DNA of 64,000 nucleotides from Candidatus Omnitrophota bacterium (GTDB taxonomy: Bacteria; Omnitrophota; Gorgyraeia; Gygaellales; Profunditerraquicolaceae). Within the stretch, counting starts at the first letter, position 1; every line of letters starts with the position of its first letter. The stretch spans positions 357,346-421,345 of the forward strand of contig JAQUQW010000002.1 of assembly GCA_028716245.1 (NCBI GenBank). Reading direction: 5' to 3'. The position numbers and the translations under genes are program-made. The notes beneath the pieces are model-generated. The model saw only the letters and a program-made list of their open reading frames with translations, did no database searches and had not been told where the DNA came from. Positions 9,243 to 19,012 of the stretch are shown here, in pieces.

Positions 9243-10589
9243 ATGAATAAAATTTACTTAGCCTCTAAATCAAAAGCCAGGAAAAAGTTGCTGGAGAAAT
9301 TCGGCCTGAAGTTTAAAGTCCTTCCTTCTAAAGTTAAAGAGAATGACCGGCGCGGGAATTTATCTTACGCGCAATTAGTCAAGAATAACGCGCGCGACAA
9401 GGCCAAAGAGGTTGCCGCCAGAGTAAAAGAGGGGATCATTATCGCCGCCGATACTATCTGCGTGCAGGATGGCAAGATTTTCGGCAAGCCCAAAAACATA
9501 CGCGCTGCCCGGCTTATGCTTAAGAAATTATCGAGCGCGCCGCAATGGCTTTATACCGGTCTGGCAGTTATAAAAAAAGATAAAGGCAAAGATCGAATCG
9601 CCATTGACTATGAAAAAACAAAAGTTTATATGGACCGATTAAGCGATAGAGAAATTAATAATTATTTCAAGCAGGTTTCTCCGTTGGATAAAGCGGGGAG
9701 TTTTGATATCCAGGGCAAGGGGGCATTTTTTATCAAGAGGATCGACGGCTGTTTTTATAATGTCGTCGGCTTGCCTTTGCGGAAACTCTATCGTATTTTT
9801 CAGAAACTGGGGGTGTTGTCTTTAATTTGTTTTGCCTGGGCGCTCTCCGGTTGTTCCACCGAGTATAACCTGGCTACCAAACAAGAGGAAAAATATTACT
9901 ACAGCACGGATCAGGAAGTAGCCATGGGCCAGGCGATTAACCGCCAGCTGGAAAAAGAATTAAAATTTTCCAACGACCCTTTACAGAAGAAACGCGTAGA
10001 GGATATCGGCAAAAAGATAGCCGCGGTAAGTGATAGAAAAGAGATTGATTACTATTTTCAGGTTTTGGATGATGACACGGTAAATGCCGTTTCTCTGCCC
10101 GGAGGCTATGTCTATGTCAACAGCGGATTACTGGATAAAGTTTCCAATGATGATGAACTGGCTTGTGTTTTGGCGCATGAAGTAGGGCATATCGTCGCCC
10201 GGCACAGCATTAAAAAACTCCAGGCAATGCAAAGTTATTCCATATTAAGATTATTGGTGGCAGTAACTCCTGTCTCCGGAGCAGGGGAAGTAGGCTCTGC
10301 CGCGGACGCCGCTTTTACTCAATTTCTCCTCGGTTACAGCCGGGAGGATGAGCTGCTGGCGGACCAATTGGGGACCCGCTACGCTAAATTGGCAGGTTAT
10401 AACCCGCACGCGATGATTACTTTTTTAACCAAACTGCAGGATATAAACCGCAGGACGCCGCTCCAGGAGCGTTCCTATTTTAAGACCCACCCCTATGTGC
10501 CTGACAGGATCAGGGTAGTCAAACAGGAACTGGGAGAGCAAATCAGCTTCGGGGATTATATCAACATTGAACAAGAAACTCACAAATAA
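9243..10589 (+). CDS. maf: Maf-like nucleotide pyrophosphatase continuing in frame into an M48 (HExxH) metallopeptidase
   Basis: N-terminal about 190 aa are Maf-like (IYLASKS...); no stop codon before the M48 domain; active site HEVGHIVARH. Confidence 0.55.
   Translation: MNKIYLASKSKARKKLLEKFGLKFKVLPSKVKENDRRGNLSYAQLVKNNARDKAKEVAARVKEGIIIAADTICVQDGKIFGKPKNIRAARLMLKKLSSAPQWLYTGLAVIKKDKGKDRIAIDYEKTKVYMDRLSDREINNYFKQVSPLDKAGSFDIQGKGAFFIKRIDGCFYNVVGLPLRKLYRIFQKLGVLSLICFAWALSGCSTEYNLATKQEEKYYYSTDQEVAMGQAINRQLEKELKFSNDPLQKKRVEDIGKKIAAVSDRKEIDYYFQVLDDDTVNAVSLPGGYVYVNSGLLDKVSNDDELACVLAHEVGHIVARHSIKKLQAMQSYSILRLLVAVTPVSGAGEVGSAADAAFTQFLLGYSREDELLADQLGTRYAKLAGYNPHAMITFLTKLQDINRRTPLQERSYFKTHPYVPDRIRVVKQELGEQISFGDYINIEQETHK
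9777..10589 (+). CDS. alternative product: M48-family peptidase lipoprotein from an internal TTG start
   Basis: In-frame TTG gives MRKLYRIFQKLGVLSLICFAWALSGC, a textbook lipoprotein signal with lipobox LSGC, followed by the HExxH M48 domain. Confidence 0.45.
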   Translation: MRKLYRIFQKLGVLSLICFAWALSGCSTEYNLATKQEEKYYYSTDQEVAMGQAINRQLEKELKFSNDPLQKKRVEDIGKKIAAVSDRKEIDYYFQVLDDDTVNAVSLPGGYVYVNSGLLDKVSNDDELACVLAHEVGHIVARHSIKKLQAMQSYSILRLLVAVTPVSGAGEVGSAADAAFTQFLLGYSREDELLADQLGTRYAKLAGYNPHAMITFLTKLQDINRRTPLQERSYFKTHPYVPDRIRVVKQELGEQISFGDYINIEQETHK

Positions 10590-11685
10590 AATATTTTATT
10601 TTTTAGCGGTAATTTTGTTAACCTTTTCTAGCCTTCCGGCTGCGGAGATTTTGCGTAAGGAAAATATGGAGAATAATTTAGTAGATTTAAGTAAAGCCAA
10701 TTTCGATAATCCATTTGGAGTTTTAGAGTTTCTGCACTGGAATCATTCTTGGAATAGCTATAAATATCCCGGTAATCGTGATTTGGAGAAAACTATTTCT
10801 TTGATGCAGGAGGCCGGGGTTGGCTGGGTAAGATTGGATTTCCTATGGGGGGATATTGAAGCGCAAGAGGGTAAGTTTGATTTTTCTAAATATGATAATG
10901 TCGTTAAATTACTCAAAGGTAAAGGAATTCATATCCTGGGTATTTTGCATTACAGTACAAGTTGGGCTTCTTCCTGTGGGGAGTGGAATTGTCCGCCTAA
11001 AGATAATAAAATATTCGTCAATTACGCGAACAAGGTTATACAGCGCTATAAAGATCAGGTTAAATACTGGGAGGTTTGGAACGAGCCGGATTCTGCTATC
11101 TACTGGAAACAACAGGACAGCCTTAACTCCTATTGCGGCCTGCTAAAAGAAGTGTATCTGGCGGCTAAAAGAATAGATCCGGATTGTAAGATCCTAAACG
11201 GCGGTATTGCCAATGGGCCGGCCAGCATTAATCACCTTTATGATAACGGAGCCAAAGATTATTTCGATATATTAAACCTGCATTTTTTCGAAAGCCCTTT
11301 ACATAGCAAGGATGCCATAAAAGCTTTAGCCGGTTATTTTAAGCTTGTCCATAAGATAATGGCGCGCAACGGGGATGCCAACAAGAAAATCTGGATAACT
11401 GAAATCGGTTGTCCCGGGGTAAAGTTGGGATTAAGGGCAGATAATTGGTGGATGGGCAAAAATCCTGATGAACGCCAACAAGCCCAGTGGCTAAAAGACG
11501 TGTATACTGAACTATTAAAAGATCCCCAGGTAGAGAAAATTTTTTGGGCCTTTTTCCGGGACACTAAAAATCACTGGAAAAATGGGGTAGATTATTTTGG
11601 TTTGGTGCGCTGGGATTATTCCCGCAAATCCTCTTTTAAAGCCTATCGAGAGTGTCACCGGAAGTGGAAGGATAGAGCCGTATAA
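10567..11685 (+). CDS. secreted clan GH-A glycoside hydrolase (GH5/GH39-like)
   Basis: Signal peptide; catalytic acid/base motif YWEVWNEPD and nucleophile motif WITEIG. Confidence 0.6.
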   Translation: MNKKLTNKIFYFLAVILLTFSSLPAAEILRKENMENNLVDLSKANFDNPFGVLEFLHWNHSWNSYKYPGNRDLEKTISLMQEAGVGWVRLDFLWGDIEAQEGKFDFSKYDNVVKLLKGKGIHILGILHYSTSWASSCGEWNCPPKDNKIFVNYANKVIQRYKDQVKYWEVWNEPDSAIYWKQQDSLNSYCGLLKEVYLAAKRIDPDCKILNGGIANGPASINHLYDNGAKDYFDILNLHFFESPLHSKDAIKALAGYFKLVHKIMARNGDANKKIWITEIGCPGVKLGLRADNWWMGKNPDERQQAQWLKDVYTELLKDPQVEKIFWAFFRDTKNHWKNGVDYFGLVRWDYSRKSSFKAYRECHRKWKDRAV

Positions 11686-11690
11686 TTTAG

Positions 11691-11771
11691 TGCGGGAGGA
11701 GGGAGTTGAACCCTCAAGGGTTGCCCCACACGCTTCTGAGACGTGCGCGTCTGCCATTCCGCCACCCCCGC
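11691..11771 (-). tRNA. tRNA-Leu (anticodon CAG)
   Basis: Minus-strand cloverleaf: acceptor GCGGGGG/CTCCCGC, anticodon loop CTCAGAA, long variable arm, T-arm GGTTCAACTCC. Confidence 0.8.
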
Positions 11772-11937
11772 AAAATTAATCTTAAGTATATATTAGCCTC
11801 TTTATCCTGTCAATCAGTTATCGGGGACGTTTTCCTTCTCCCCCATTTCCCGATTAGGTTGGAAACAGTTTCGGTATAAAAGAATTGCGGCTGAGTTTTT
11901 TTGCTGTTATAATATTGGTTTATTACAGGAGAAAATT

Positions 11938-12894
11938 ATGTTTTTGGAGCATTTTAAAATCACCGGACTTGCCATGGCCCAGATCTTCATTTTGGGGGCT
12001 TTAGGCTATATTTTGGTAAGGAAAAATATGCTTTCTCACTTGGGCTTAGATGCTTTAAGCCGCCTGGTGATCCAGATTATTTTCCCGGCGATGATCTTTA
12101 CCCAGTTGTTGCAGAATTTCAGCTTCAGCCTTTATCCGAACTGGTGGATTTTTCCGCTGGCCAGCCTGACAATTACCGCTTGCGGCCTGCTGGTGGGTTT
12201 CTTTTTGCTTAAGCTGATCAGGTTAAAAAATCATAAATTGCAGTTTTTAAGCCTGGTGGGTTTTCAGAATTCCGGATACCTGCCTTTGGCGATGGTGGCA
12301 GCCATATTTTCCGGCCAGGAGTTGAACAATATTTTTATTTATATCTTCTTGTTCCTGCTGGGTTTTGATTTGGTGGCCTGGTCATTGGGAATATATATGC
12401 TTACTTACGATAAAGAGGTAAAATTTAAGTTGCGGCATATTTTCAGCCCTCCGGTAATCGCGAATTTATCGACTCTTACGCTTATAGCGCTGGGGTTAAA
12501 TAAATTCATACCGGCGGTCATATTTAAACCTATCCAAATGATCGGTAACTGCACTTTGCCTTTGGCCTTGATTGTCGTCGGAGGCAACGTTGCTTTAGCG
12601 CGGCTGAAGAATATCGATAAGCAGGCGGTTTCTTTTTTTCTCTTAGGCAAGCTGATTATTTTGCCGCTGTTAGGCCTGTGGCTTGTGCTTAAGCTGGGGC
12701 TGCCGCAATTATTTGGTTTTTTGATCGTTATGCAGTTAGCCATGCCCTCGGCAACATCTTTATCGGTGATTATCCGCCATTATAACCGGGAAGACGCCTT
12801 GATCAGCCAGGGTGTATTTTTTAGCCACATCATCAGCCTGGTTACGATACCGTTATTTTTAGGTTTATATTTATCGCTGGTTGTGCTAAAATGA
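11938..12894 (+). CDS. AEC (auxin efflux carrier) family membrane transporter
   Basis: 318-aa polytopic membrane protein, two-halves topology; TATAAT promoter upstream. Confidence 0.55.
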   Translation: MFLEHFKITGLAMAQIFILGALGYILVRKNMLSHLGLDALSRLVIQIIFPAMIFTQLLQNFSFSLYPNWWIFPLASLTITACGLLVGFFLLKLIRLKNHKLQFLSLVGFQNSGYLPLAMVAAIFSGQELNNIFIYIFLFLLGFDLVAWSLGIYMLTYDKEVKFKLRHIFSPPVIANLSTLTLIALGLNKFIPAVIFKPIQMIGNCTLPLALIVVGGNVALARLKNIDKQAVSFFLLGKLIILPLLGLWLVLKLGLPQLFGFLIVMQLAMPSATSLSVIIRHYNREDALISQGVFFSHIISLVTIPLFLGLYLSLVVLK

Positions 12895-13346
12895 GTAAAA
12901 ATATCATCACTAACCGCAAGGCTTACCGGGATTATGATGTCCTGGAATCCGTAGAGAGCGGCATTGAGCTTAAGGGTTCGGAAGTAAAATCCCTGCGCGC
13001 CGGTAAAATTAATTTAGACGACAGTTTTGCCCGCGCTGAAAAAGAAGAGATTTTTTTATACAACGCCCACATTAGCCATTATACCGAGGCCAGTTATTTA
13101 AACGTTGACCCGGACCGGCCGCGTAAGCTTCTTTTGCATAAGGGCCAGATCGAGAGGATTATCGGCAAGCTTACCCAAAAAGGCCTGACTTTAATTCCGT
13201 TAAAGATTTATTTTAATGACCGGGGTTTTGTTAAGGTGGAGTTGGCGCTTTGTAAAGGTAAAAAACTTTACGATAAACGCGAGAGTATTAAGCGCAGGGA
13301 AACGGATCGTGAGATGCGCCGGGTGGTAAAGAATAGGAGAAAATAA
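12891..13346 (+). CDS. smpB: SsrA-binding protein
   Basis: 151 aa, basic C-terminal tail, highly conserved SmpB sequence; directly upstream of tmRNA. Confidence 0.9.
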   Translation: MSKNIITNRKAYRDYDVLESVESGIELKGSEVKSLRAGKINLDDSFARAEKEEIFLYNAHISHYTEASYLNVDPDRPRKLLLHKGQIERIIGKLTQKGLTLIPLKIYFNDRGFVKVELALCKGKKLYDKRESIKRRETDREMRRVVKNRRK

Positions 13347-13350
13347 ATAG

Positions 13351-13754
13351 GGGGGTGAAAGGGTTCGACTTAAGATATGTCGGATAAGAGCAGCATGCCG
13401 CGGACGCATGGTTAGCCGCGTTAATAACCCGTGCACAATTCAAACGCAAACACGCAAGTGTCACGTTTAGGAACATTTGTTACGCCGTCATTGGCGAAAC
13501 CGATGTTCTTTAGTCCAGTCTGCTTTAACTAAGTTAAAGCAGCCTCTAACCATCCTCGCCTACGGGATGGATTAGGGCCTTAGTAGGATAGTTCCGGTGG
13601 TTGCCTTTGAAGCCGGAGCGAGATTTAAAAGGCTGCTCCTTGCAAATCCTGCCCTGTAGAAGTTGCAAGGTTAAGATAAATTACAAGGCTAAGCATGTAG
13701 CGGCTTTTGTTTGATTACTTAGGGACGGCGGTCCGATTCCGCCCACCTCCACCA
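13351..13754 (+). ncRNA. ssrA: transfer-messenger RNA (tmRNA, SsrA)
   Basis: 5' GGGGGTGAAAGGGTTCGAC pairs with the 3' acceptor; ends GGTCCGATTCCGCCCACCTCCACCA (T-arm plus CCA); PK1-like GCATGCCGCGGACGCATGG; 4 nt after smpB. Confidence 0.85.
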
Positions 13755-13761
13755 TAAAATT

Positions 13762-14856
13762 ATGAAAATAAATATATCTTTAAAATCATTTTTTCTTTAT
13801 ATCTGCTTGATTCTTCTAATCAACGGTTGCGCCACAATTCCAACCGATGAGAATATCGCCACTTATTCTATCGGCGGGCAGACCTACTATCCTTTGGTCA
13901 GCCTCTGCGATCTGCGCCAGATTCGGATGCAGTATGAGCCGCTTTTGCGCACGGTTTATTTGAGTAATGGCAGTAAGTCCGTAAATTTGCGGGTAGGGGA
14001 CAGCGTAATTTTAGTTAATGATGACATCATGCATTTAAGTTTTCCGGTAGATGTTTATCAAGGCACAATTGTGGTGCCCCGGCAGTTTAAGGAAGAGGTC
14101 TTTGATGTATTATTTAAACCAGTTGTCGCGGCGCATCGGCGCATCGGCACGGGTAAAATAAAATTAACCCGGGTGGTTATCGACGCCGGCCACGGAGGAA
14201 ATGATCCCGGAGCCATCGGCAGGAGCGGCTTAAGGGAAAAGGATGTAAATTTAGATATTGCCAAAAGATTAAGCAGCCTTTTAAGAGAAGAGGGCGTGCA
14301 GACAGTCCTTACCCGTTCAACGGATAGGTTTATTCCTCTTTCCAGCCGGGTGAGTATCGCCAATAGATCCGGAGCGGATTTATTTATTTGTATTCATTCT
14401 AACGCGGCTCGTTCGCGTTCTTTGAGCGGTTTTGAAGTTTATTATGTGGCTCCCAGCGTGAGTGACGCCAAGCGCGCCGCGCTTACGGCAAGGAACGCTT
14501 CATTAAATTTAAAAGACGCCGCGTTTGCCAGCAGCTCCCAGGATTTAAGGACGATTATCTGGGATATGATTTATGCCAATAGCCGGGCTGAATCTATCGA
14601 GCTCTCCCATTCTTTATGCAGGATTATGGATTCTTGTATTGACGCTAATATTTTGGGGGTAAAAAATGCCCGTTTCCAGGTGTTAAAAGGGATCAGGATG
14701 CCGGGCATATTGATTGAGGTTGGTTTTGTTTCGAATTTAAATGAAGAAAGATTGTTGAGGACCGCGGCGTATCGCCAAAAATTAGCCGAAGGCATATTGG
14801 AAGGCCTGAGGGATTATTCACAGAATATGGCATTAGTGGAGGTATCGACAAGATGA
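13762..14856 (+). CDS. N-acetylmuramoyl-L-alanine amidase (AmiC-like, AMIN plus Amidase_3) lipoprotein
   Basis: Lipobox LINGC; Amidase_3 motif VVIDAGHGGNDPGAIG; zinc ligands. Confidence 0.75.
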   Translation: MKINISLKSFFLYICLILLINGCATIPTDENIATYSIGGQTYYPLVSLCDLRQIRMQYEPLLRTVYLSNGSKSVNLRVGDSVILVNDDIMHLSFPVDVYQGTIVVPRQFKEEVFDVLFKPVVAAHRRIGTGKIKLTRVVIDAGHGGNDPGAIGRSGLREKDVNLDIAKRLSSLLREEGVQTVLTRSTDRFIPLSSRVSIANRSGADLFICIHSNAARSRSLSGFEVYYVAPSVSDAKRAALTARNASLNLKDAAFASSSQDLRTIIWDMIYANSRAESIELSHSLCRIMDSCIDANILGVKNARFQVLKGIRMPGILIEVGFVSNLNEERLLRTAAYRQKLAEGILEGLRDYSQNMALVEVSTR

Positions 14857-15644
14857 GCTCAATCGGTATTTTTGATTCAGGCGTAGGCGGGCTTACGGTA
14901 GCCAGGGAGATAATCCGCCAGCTGCCCAATGAAAATATAGTTTATTTCGGCGATACCGCCCGGGTTCCTTACGGGATCAAGTCGCCGCAGACAGTTATCC
15001 GTTTTTCCATCGAGAATATTTTATTTTTATTGAAACAGGATGTTAAGCTTATCTGCGTTGCCTGTAACACCGCCTCCAGTTTTGCCCTGCCGGTAATCAA
15101 GAACCATTTCCGCGCCCCGATTATCGGCGTAATTACCCCCGGAGCAAGAGAAGCGGTTTATGCTTCGCAGAATAAACGCATTGGGGTAATCGGGACCAAG
15201 GGGACGATTAAAAGCCGCACTTATGAAAAAGAGATCAGGCAGCTGGATCCTGCGGCCAAAGTTACCGCGGTTGCCTGCCCATTGTTTGTCCCTTTTGTCG
15301 AGGAGGGATGGTTTAGCGGCGAGGTTGTTTTAAGCGTGGCCAGGACTTATTTAAAACCGCTGCGCCAGGCCGGAGTAGATACGGTAATTTTAGGCTGCAC
15401 GCATTATCCCTTGCTTAAACCGGTAATCCAGGAAATTTTAGGCAAACATGTCACTTTGATTGACTCGGCTAAACAAGTAGCTTTTGAGGTAAAGAAGATT
15501 TTAGCCGGTGAAGATATGCTTAACCGCGGTAAAGGCGGAAAACATAAATTTTATGTCAGCGATAATCCGGAGTGGTTTAGTTCTTTAGCCCAGAGGTTTA
15601 TGGGCAAGAAATTAAGCAACGTTAAGAAGGTGGATAATGTATAG
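14853..15644 (+). CDS. murI: glutamate racemase
   Basis: IGIFDSGVGGLTV N-terminus and catalytic Cys motifs VACNTAS / GCTHYP. Confidence 0.85.
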   Translation: MSSIGIFDSGVGGLTVAREIIRQLPNENIVYFGDTARVPYGIKSPQTVIRFSIENILFLLKQDVKLICVACNTASSFALPVIKNHFRAPIIGVITPGAREAVYASQNKRIGVIGTKGTIKSRTYEKEIRQLDPAAKVTAVACPLFVPFVEEGWFSGEVVLSVARTYLKPLRQAGVDTVILGCTHYPLLKPVIQEILGKHVTLIDSAKQVAFEVKKILAGEDMLNRGKGGKHKFYVSDNPEWFSSLAQRFMGKKLSNVKKVDNV

Positions 15645-15993
15645 CTTAAAAGTAGAAGGCAGTTTTAGTTCCGCGCATAATTTAAGAGGCTATAAGGGCA
15701 AGTGCGAAGACCTGCACGGCCACAACTGGCGGATAGAAGTAATTGTTAAATCTGAAGAGCTGAATAATATCGGCATAGTTATAGATTTCAAGGAGTTGAA
15801 GAAAAAATTAAACGCTGTCTTAGAAGAGATGGACCATAAATATTTAAATAAACTGGTCTATTTCAAGAAAGTCAACCCGACATCCGAGAATATCGCAAAA
15901 TATATTTATAAAAAGCTTATAACTAAAATTCCTTTACTTGATTCCGTCACTGTTTGGGAAAACGCCGCCAGCTGCGCTACTTATGGAGAATAA
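15637..15993 (+). CDS. queD: 6-carboxy-5,6,7,8-tetrahydropterin synthase
   Basis: 118 aa; CxxxHGH zinc motif CEDLHGHN. Confidence 0.85.
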   Translation: MYSLKVEGSFSSAHNLRGYKGKCEDLHGHNWRIEVIVKSEELNNIGIVIDFKELKKKLNAVLEEMDHKYLNKLVYFKKVNPTSENIAKYIYKKLITKIPLLDSVTVWENAASCATYGE

Positions 15994-16636
15994 ACCGGCG
16001 GTAGTGCTTTTATCCGGCGGCCTGGATTCGGCGACGGTTTTATATTTGGCCAAAGCAAAAGGATATACCTGTTACTGCCTGATTTTTGATTATGGCCAGC
16101 GGCATCGAAAAGAAATTAACTGCGCCGTTAAGCTTGCCAAGGCCAGCGGATCCGCGTACAGAATTTTAAAAATTGATTTTCCCTGGAAGGGTTCGGCGCT
16201 CTTAGACAGGAAAATAAAAGTCCCGGATAAAATTACCAAAGGCATTCCGCCTACTTATGTTCCGGCGCGCAATATTATATTTTTAAGTTTCGCCTTATCG
16301 TTTGCCGAAACGATCAAGGCCAAGGCAATTTTTATCGGCGCGCATGCCCAGGATTATTCCGGTTATCCTGATTGCCGTCCTGAATTTTTTAAAGCTTTTG
16401 CGCAGATGGCCAAGGTGGGTACATATGGCGGCGTCCGGATTAAAATTTTAGCTCCGTTATTAAATAAGAAAAAAGCGCAAATTATCAGTTTGGGGCAAAG
16501 ACTGGGCGTGCCGTTTAATTTAAGCTGGTCATGTTACCGCGGGGCAAAACTTTCCTGCGGGATATGCGACAGCTGCCATTACCGCGCCAAAGGTTTTCAA
16601 GAGGCGGGTTTAGTTGATCCGCTAAGCAAAAGATGA
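15983..16636 (+). CDS. queC: 7-cyano-7-deazaguanine synthase
   Basis: PP-loop VLLSGGLDSAT; C-terminal Zn cysteines CGICDSCHYR; start set at ATG 15983. Confidence 0.85.
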   Translation: MENKPAVVLLSGGLDSATVLYLAKAKGYTCYCLIFDYGQRHRKEINCAVKLAKASGSAYRILKIDFPWKGSALLDRKIKVPDKITKGIPPTYVPARNIIFLSFALSFAETIKAKAIFIGAHAQDYSGYPDCRPEFFKAFAQMAKVGTYGGVRIKILAPLLNKKKAQIISLGQRLGVPFNLSWSCYRGAKLSCGICDSCHYRAKGFQEAGLVDPLSKR

Positions 16637-17304
16637 AGGCCAAGATTGCCGAGGTGTTTGAAAGCGTGCAGGGCGAAGGTATTTATTTAGGGGAGAGGCA
16701 GATCTTTGTGCGTTTTTTTAACTGCAATTTGAGCTGCAGCTACTGCGATACCAAACTTGACCGGTTTATGGAATATGAGCCGCGTGAGCTTTTCGAGGAG
16801 ATCAAGCTTTACCGCAATAAATACCATTCCGTCTCATTTACCGGTGGAGAACCGCTTTTATATAAGGATTTTTTAAAAGAGATATTAAAGCTTACCGCAA
16901 AACACGGCCACCGGCATTACCTGGAAACCAACGGCACATTATTTTTTGAGTTAGAGGAGATAATTGACCACATCGATATCGTGGCCATGGATTTAAAATT
17001 CCCCAGTTCAAGCGGGATGGGCAACCTTTGGCAGATGCACCGGAAATTTTTAAAAGTTGCCGTAAAAAAAGAAGTATTTCTTAAGGCAATTATTTGCCAG
17101 GCTACGCAGGAAGAAGATTTGCTGGAGGCCCTGGGCCTGATCAGGGAGATAAGCCCTTCCAGCGTCTTGGTTTTACAGCCGAATAGTTACGAAAGCATGA
17201 ATGTTTTAGGTGAAAAGTTATCGCGGTTCAAAGAGATAGCTAACCAACATAGAGTTACGGCTTGCGTTATACCGCAAATCCATAAAATAGCGGGGTTAAG
17301 ATAA
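16633..17304 (+). CDS. queE: 7-carboxy-7-deazaguanine synthase (radical SAM)
   Basis: CNLSCSYCDT radical-SAM cluster motif; position in que operon. Confidence 0.8.
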   Translation: MKAKIAEVFESVQGEGIYLGERQIFVRFFNCNLSCSYCDTKLDRFMEYEPRELFEEIKLYRNKYHSVSFTGGEPLLYKDFLKEILKLTAKHGHRHYLETNGTLFFELEEIIDHIDIVAMDLKFPSSSGMGNLWQMHRKFLKVAVKKEVFLKAIICQATQEEDLLEALGLIREISPSSVLVLQPNSYESMNVLGEKLSRFKEIANQHRVTACVIPQIHKIAGLR

Positions 17305-17697
17305 ATGAAAAAATCGGATTATGAAGGTTTACAGAAAAATATACGGAAATTAAAAACTCCTCCCATTGAGGTTTGGCTCAATCAATACGCGGATAAAGTT
17401 TATATGATCAATCTGGATATTCCGGAGTTTACCTGTATTTGCCCGAAGACCGGTCTGCCGGATTTTGCGGTTATCCGCATCGAATATTCCCCGGCTAAAT
17501 TCTGTGTGGAGTTAAAATCTTTTAAGATGTACACCATATCTTTCCGCAATATGGGAATTTTCCATGAGCATCTGATCAATAAAATGCTTGAGGATTTTGC
17601 GGCCGCAGTCAAGCCGCGCTGGTTAAAGATTACCGGAGTTTTTAATCCCCGGGGCGGTATCACGACTACTGTATCGCGGGAATATAAAGCTAAATGA
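17305..17697 (+). CDS. queF: NADPH-dependent 7-cyano-7-deazaguanine reductase
   Basis: 130 aa single-domain QueF; catalytic Cys in EFTCICPKTGLPDFA. Confidence 0.8.
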   Translation: MKKSDYEGLQKNIRKLKTPPIEVWLNQYADKVYMINLDIPEFTCICPKTGLPDFAVIRIEYSPAKFCVELKSFKMYTISFRNMGIFHEHLINKMLEDFAAAVKPRWLKITGVFNPRGGITTTVSREYKAK

Positions 17698-18515
17698 GAG
17701 AAATTAAGGCAAGTCAAATAAGCCAAGCCGTTACTGAACTAGTGCGGCGGGCTAATTTTATTTTGCGCCAGGATGTTTTAACTGTTTTGCGCAGAGCTTA
17801 TGAATTTGAGAAAAATAAGCGGGCAAAAACAATCCTTAAGGCGATACTGGATAATGCCGCTTATGCCAGGAAAAAAAACCTGGCGATCTGCCAGGATACC
17901 GGCATGCCGGTTGTGTTTACCGAAGTTGGCCAGGATGTAAAAATAAGCGGAGATCTAAAAGTTGCGATCAATAAGGGAATTGATGATGGCTATAAAAAAT
18001 ACTCTTTGAGAAATTCGATTGTTAATGATCCGCTTTTAAGAGGGAATCCTAAATTTTCTCCCTGTATAATCCATACGGATATAGTTAAGGGAAATAAAAT
18101 AAAATTAACGGTCCTGCCTAAAGGCTTTGGCTGTGAAAATAAATCGCGCCTGATGATGTTTAAGCCTACAGCCGGCATAGAAGAGATCAAGAAATTTATT
18201 GTTGACGCGGTGATAAGCGCGGGCCCGGATGCCTGCCCGCCGTATATTGTGGGCGTGGGGATCGGAGGGACGGCCGATTACGCCGGCATTTTGGCCAAGA
18301 AGGCCTTATTGACTAAAATACAAGCTAAAAATTCAAAATTAGAAAATGATTTATTAAAAAAAATAAATAAAACCGGGATCGGGCCGATGGGTTTGGGCGG
18401 CAGGTGTACGGCATTGGCCGTAAAAATCCAAAAATATCCCACGCATATCGCCGGCCTGCCGGTGAGCGTGAATATCAGTTGCCACGCCTTACGAAGCGCT
18501 TCAGTAATCTTATGA
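17694..18515 (+). CDS. Fe-S hydro-lyase alpha subunit (class I fumarate hydratase/L-tartrate dehydratase family)
   Basis: 273 aa, family-typical length and Cys content; followed by beta subunit with ATGA overlap. Confidence 0.7.
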   Translation: MREIKASQISQAVTELVRRANFILRQDVLTVLRRAYEFEKNKRAKTILKAILDNAAYARKKNLAICQDTGMPVVFTEVGQDVKISGDLKVAINKGIDDGYKKYSLRNSIVNDPLLRGNPKFSPCIIHTDIVKGNKIKLTVLPKGFGCENKSRLMMFKPTAGIEEIKKFIVDAVISAGPDACPPYIVGVGIGGTADYAGILAKKALLTKIQAKNSKLENDLLKKINKTGIGPMGLGGRCTALAVKIQKYPTHIAGLPVSVNISCHALRSASVIL

Positions 18516-19012
18516 AAAAATTAAACTCTTTGAAAGCCGGGCAACAGATTTTTTTTAGCGGGACAATTTATACCGCCCGCGACCAGGCGCATAAACGGAT
18601 GGTTGCGGCAATTAAAGCCGGCAAGCGCCTGCCTTTTGAACTTAAAGGTGCGATTATTTATTATTGTGGCCCGACGCAGACCCCGAAGGGCAAAATTATC
18701 GGTTCGTGCGGCCCGACGACCAGCTCGCGCATGGATGAGTTTACTCCGTTTTTACTGGCCAAGGGATTAAGCGGGATGATTGGTAAGGGGAGCCGCTCCA
18801 AAGAAGTAAGAGATGCGATTAAAAAACATCAAGGAGTTTATTTTATAACTTACGCCGGTTGCGGGGCGCTTTTGAGCCGTTATGTTAAAAGTGCCAAAAC
18901 AATTACTTACCGGGATTTAGGCCCGGAGGCAATCGTAAAATTGGAAGTAAAGGATTTTCCTTTGATTGTGGCAATCGATGCTAATGGAGGATGTATTTAT
19001 GATGCGGATTGA
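18512..19012 (+). CDS. Fe-S hydro-lyase beta subunit (class I fumarate hydratase/L-tartrate dehydratase family)
   Basis: About 166 aa from ATG 18512; beta-subunit-like sequence. Confidence 0.7.
   Translation: MKKLNSLKAGQQIFFSGTIYTARDQAHKRMVAAIKAGKRLPFELKGAIIYYCGPTQTPKGKIIGSCGPTTSSRMDEFTPFLLAKGLSGMIGKGSRSKEVRDAIKKHQGVYFITYAGCGALLSRYVKSAKTITYRDLGPEAIVKLEVKDFPLIVAIDANGGCIYDAD

Noticed and set aside
11515-11779. ORFs 11515-11757(-) and 11597-11779(+) around 11.7 kb
   Set aside because: They overlap the tRNA-Leu(CAG) gene and the 3' end of the glycosidase gene. They are typical spurious frames through a structured RNA.
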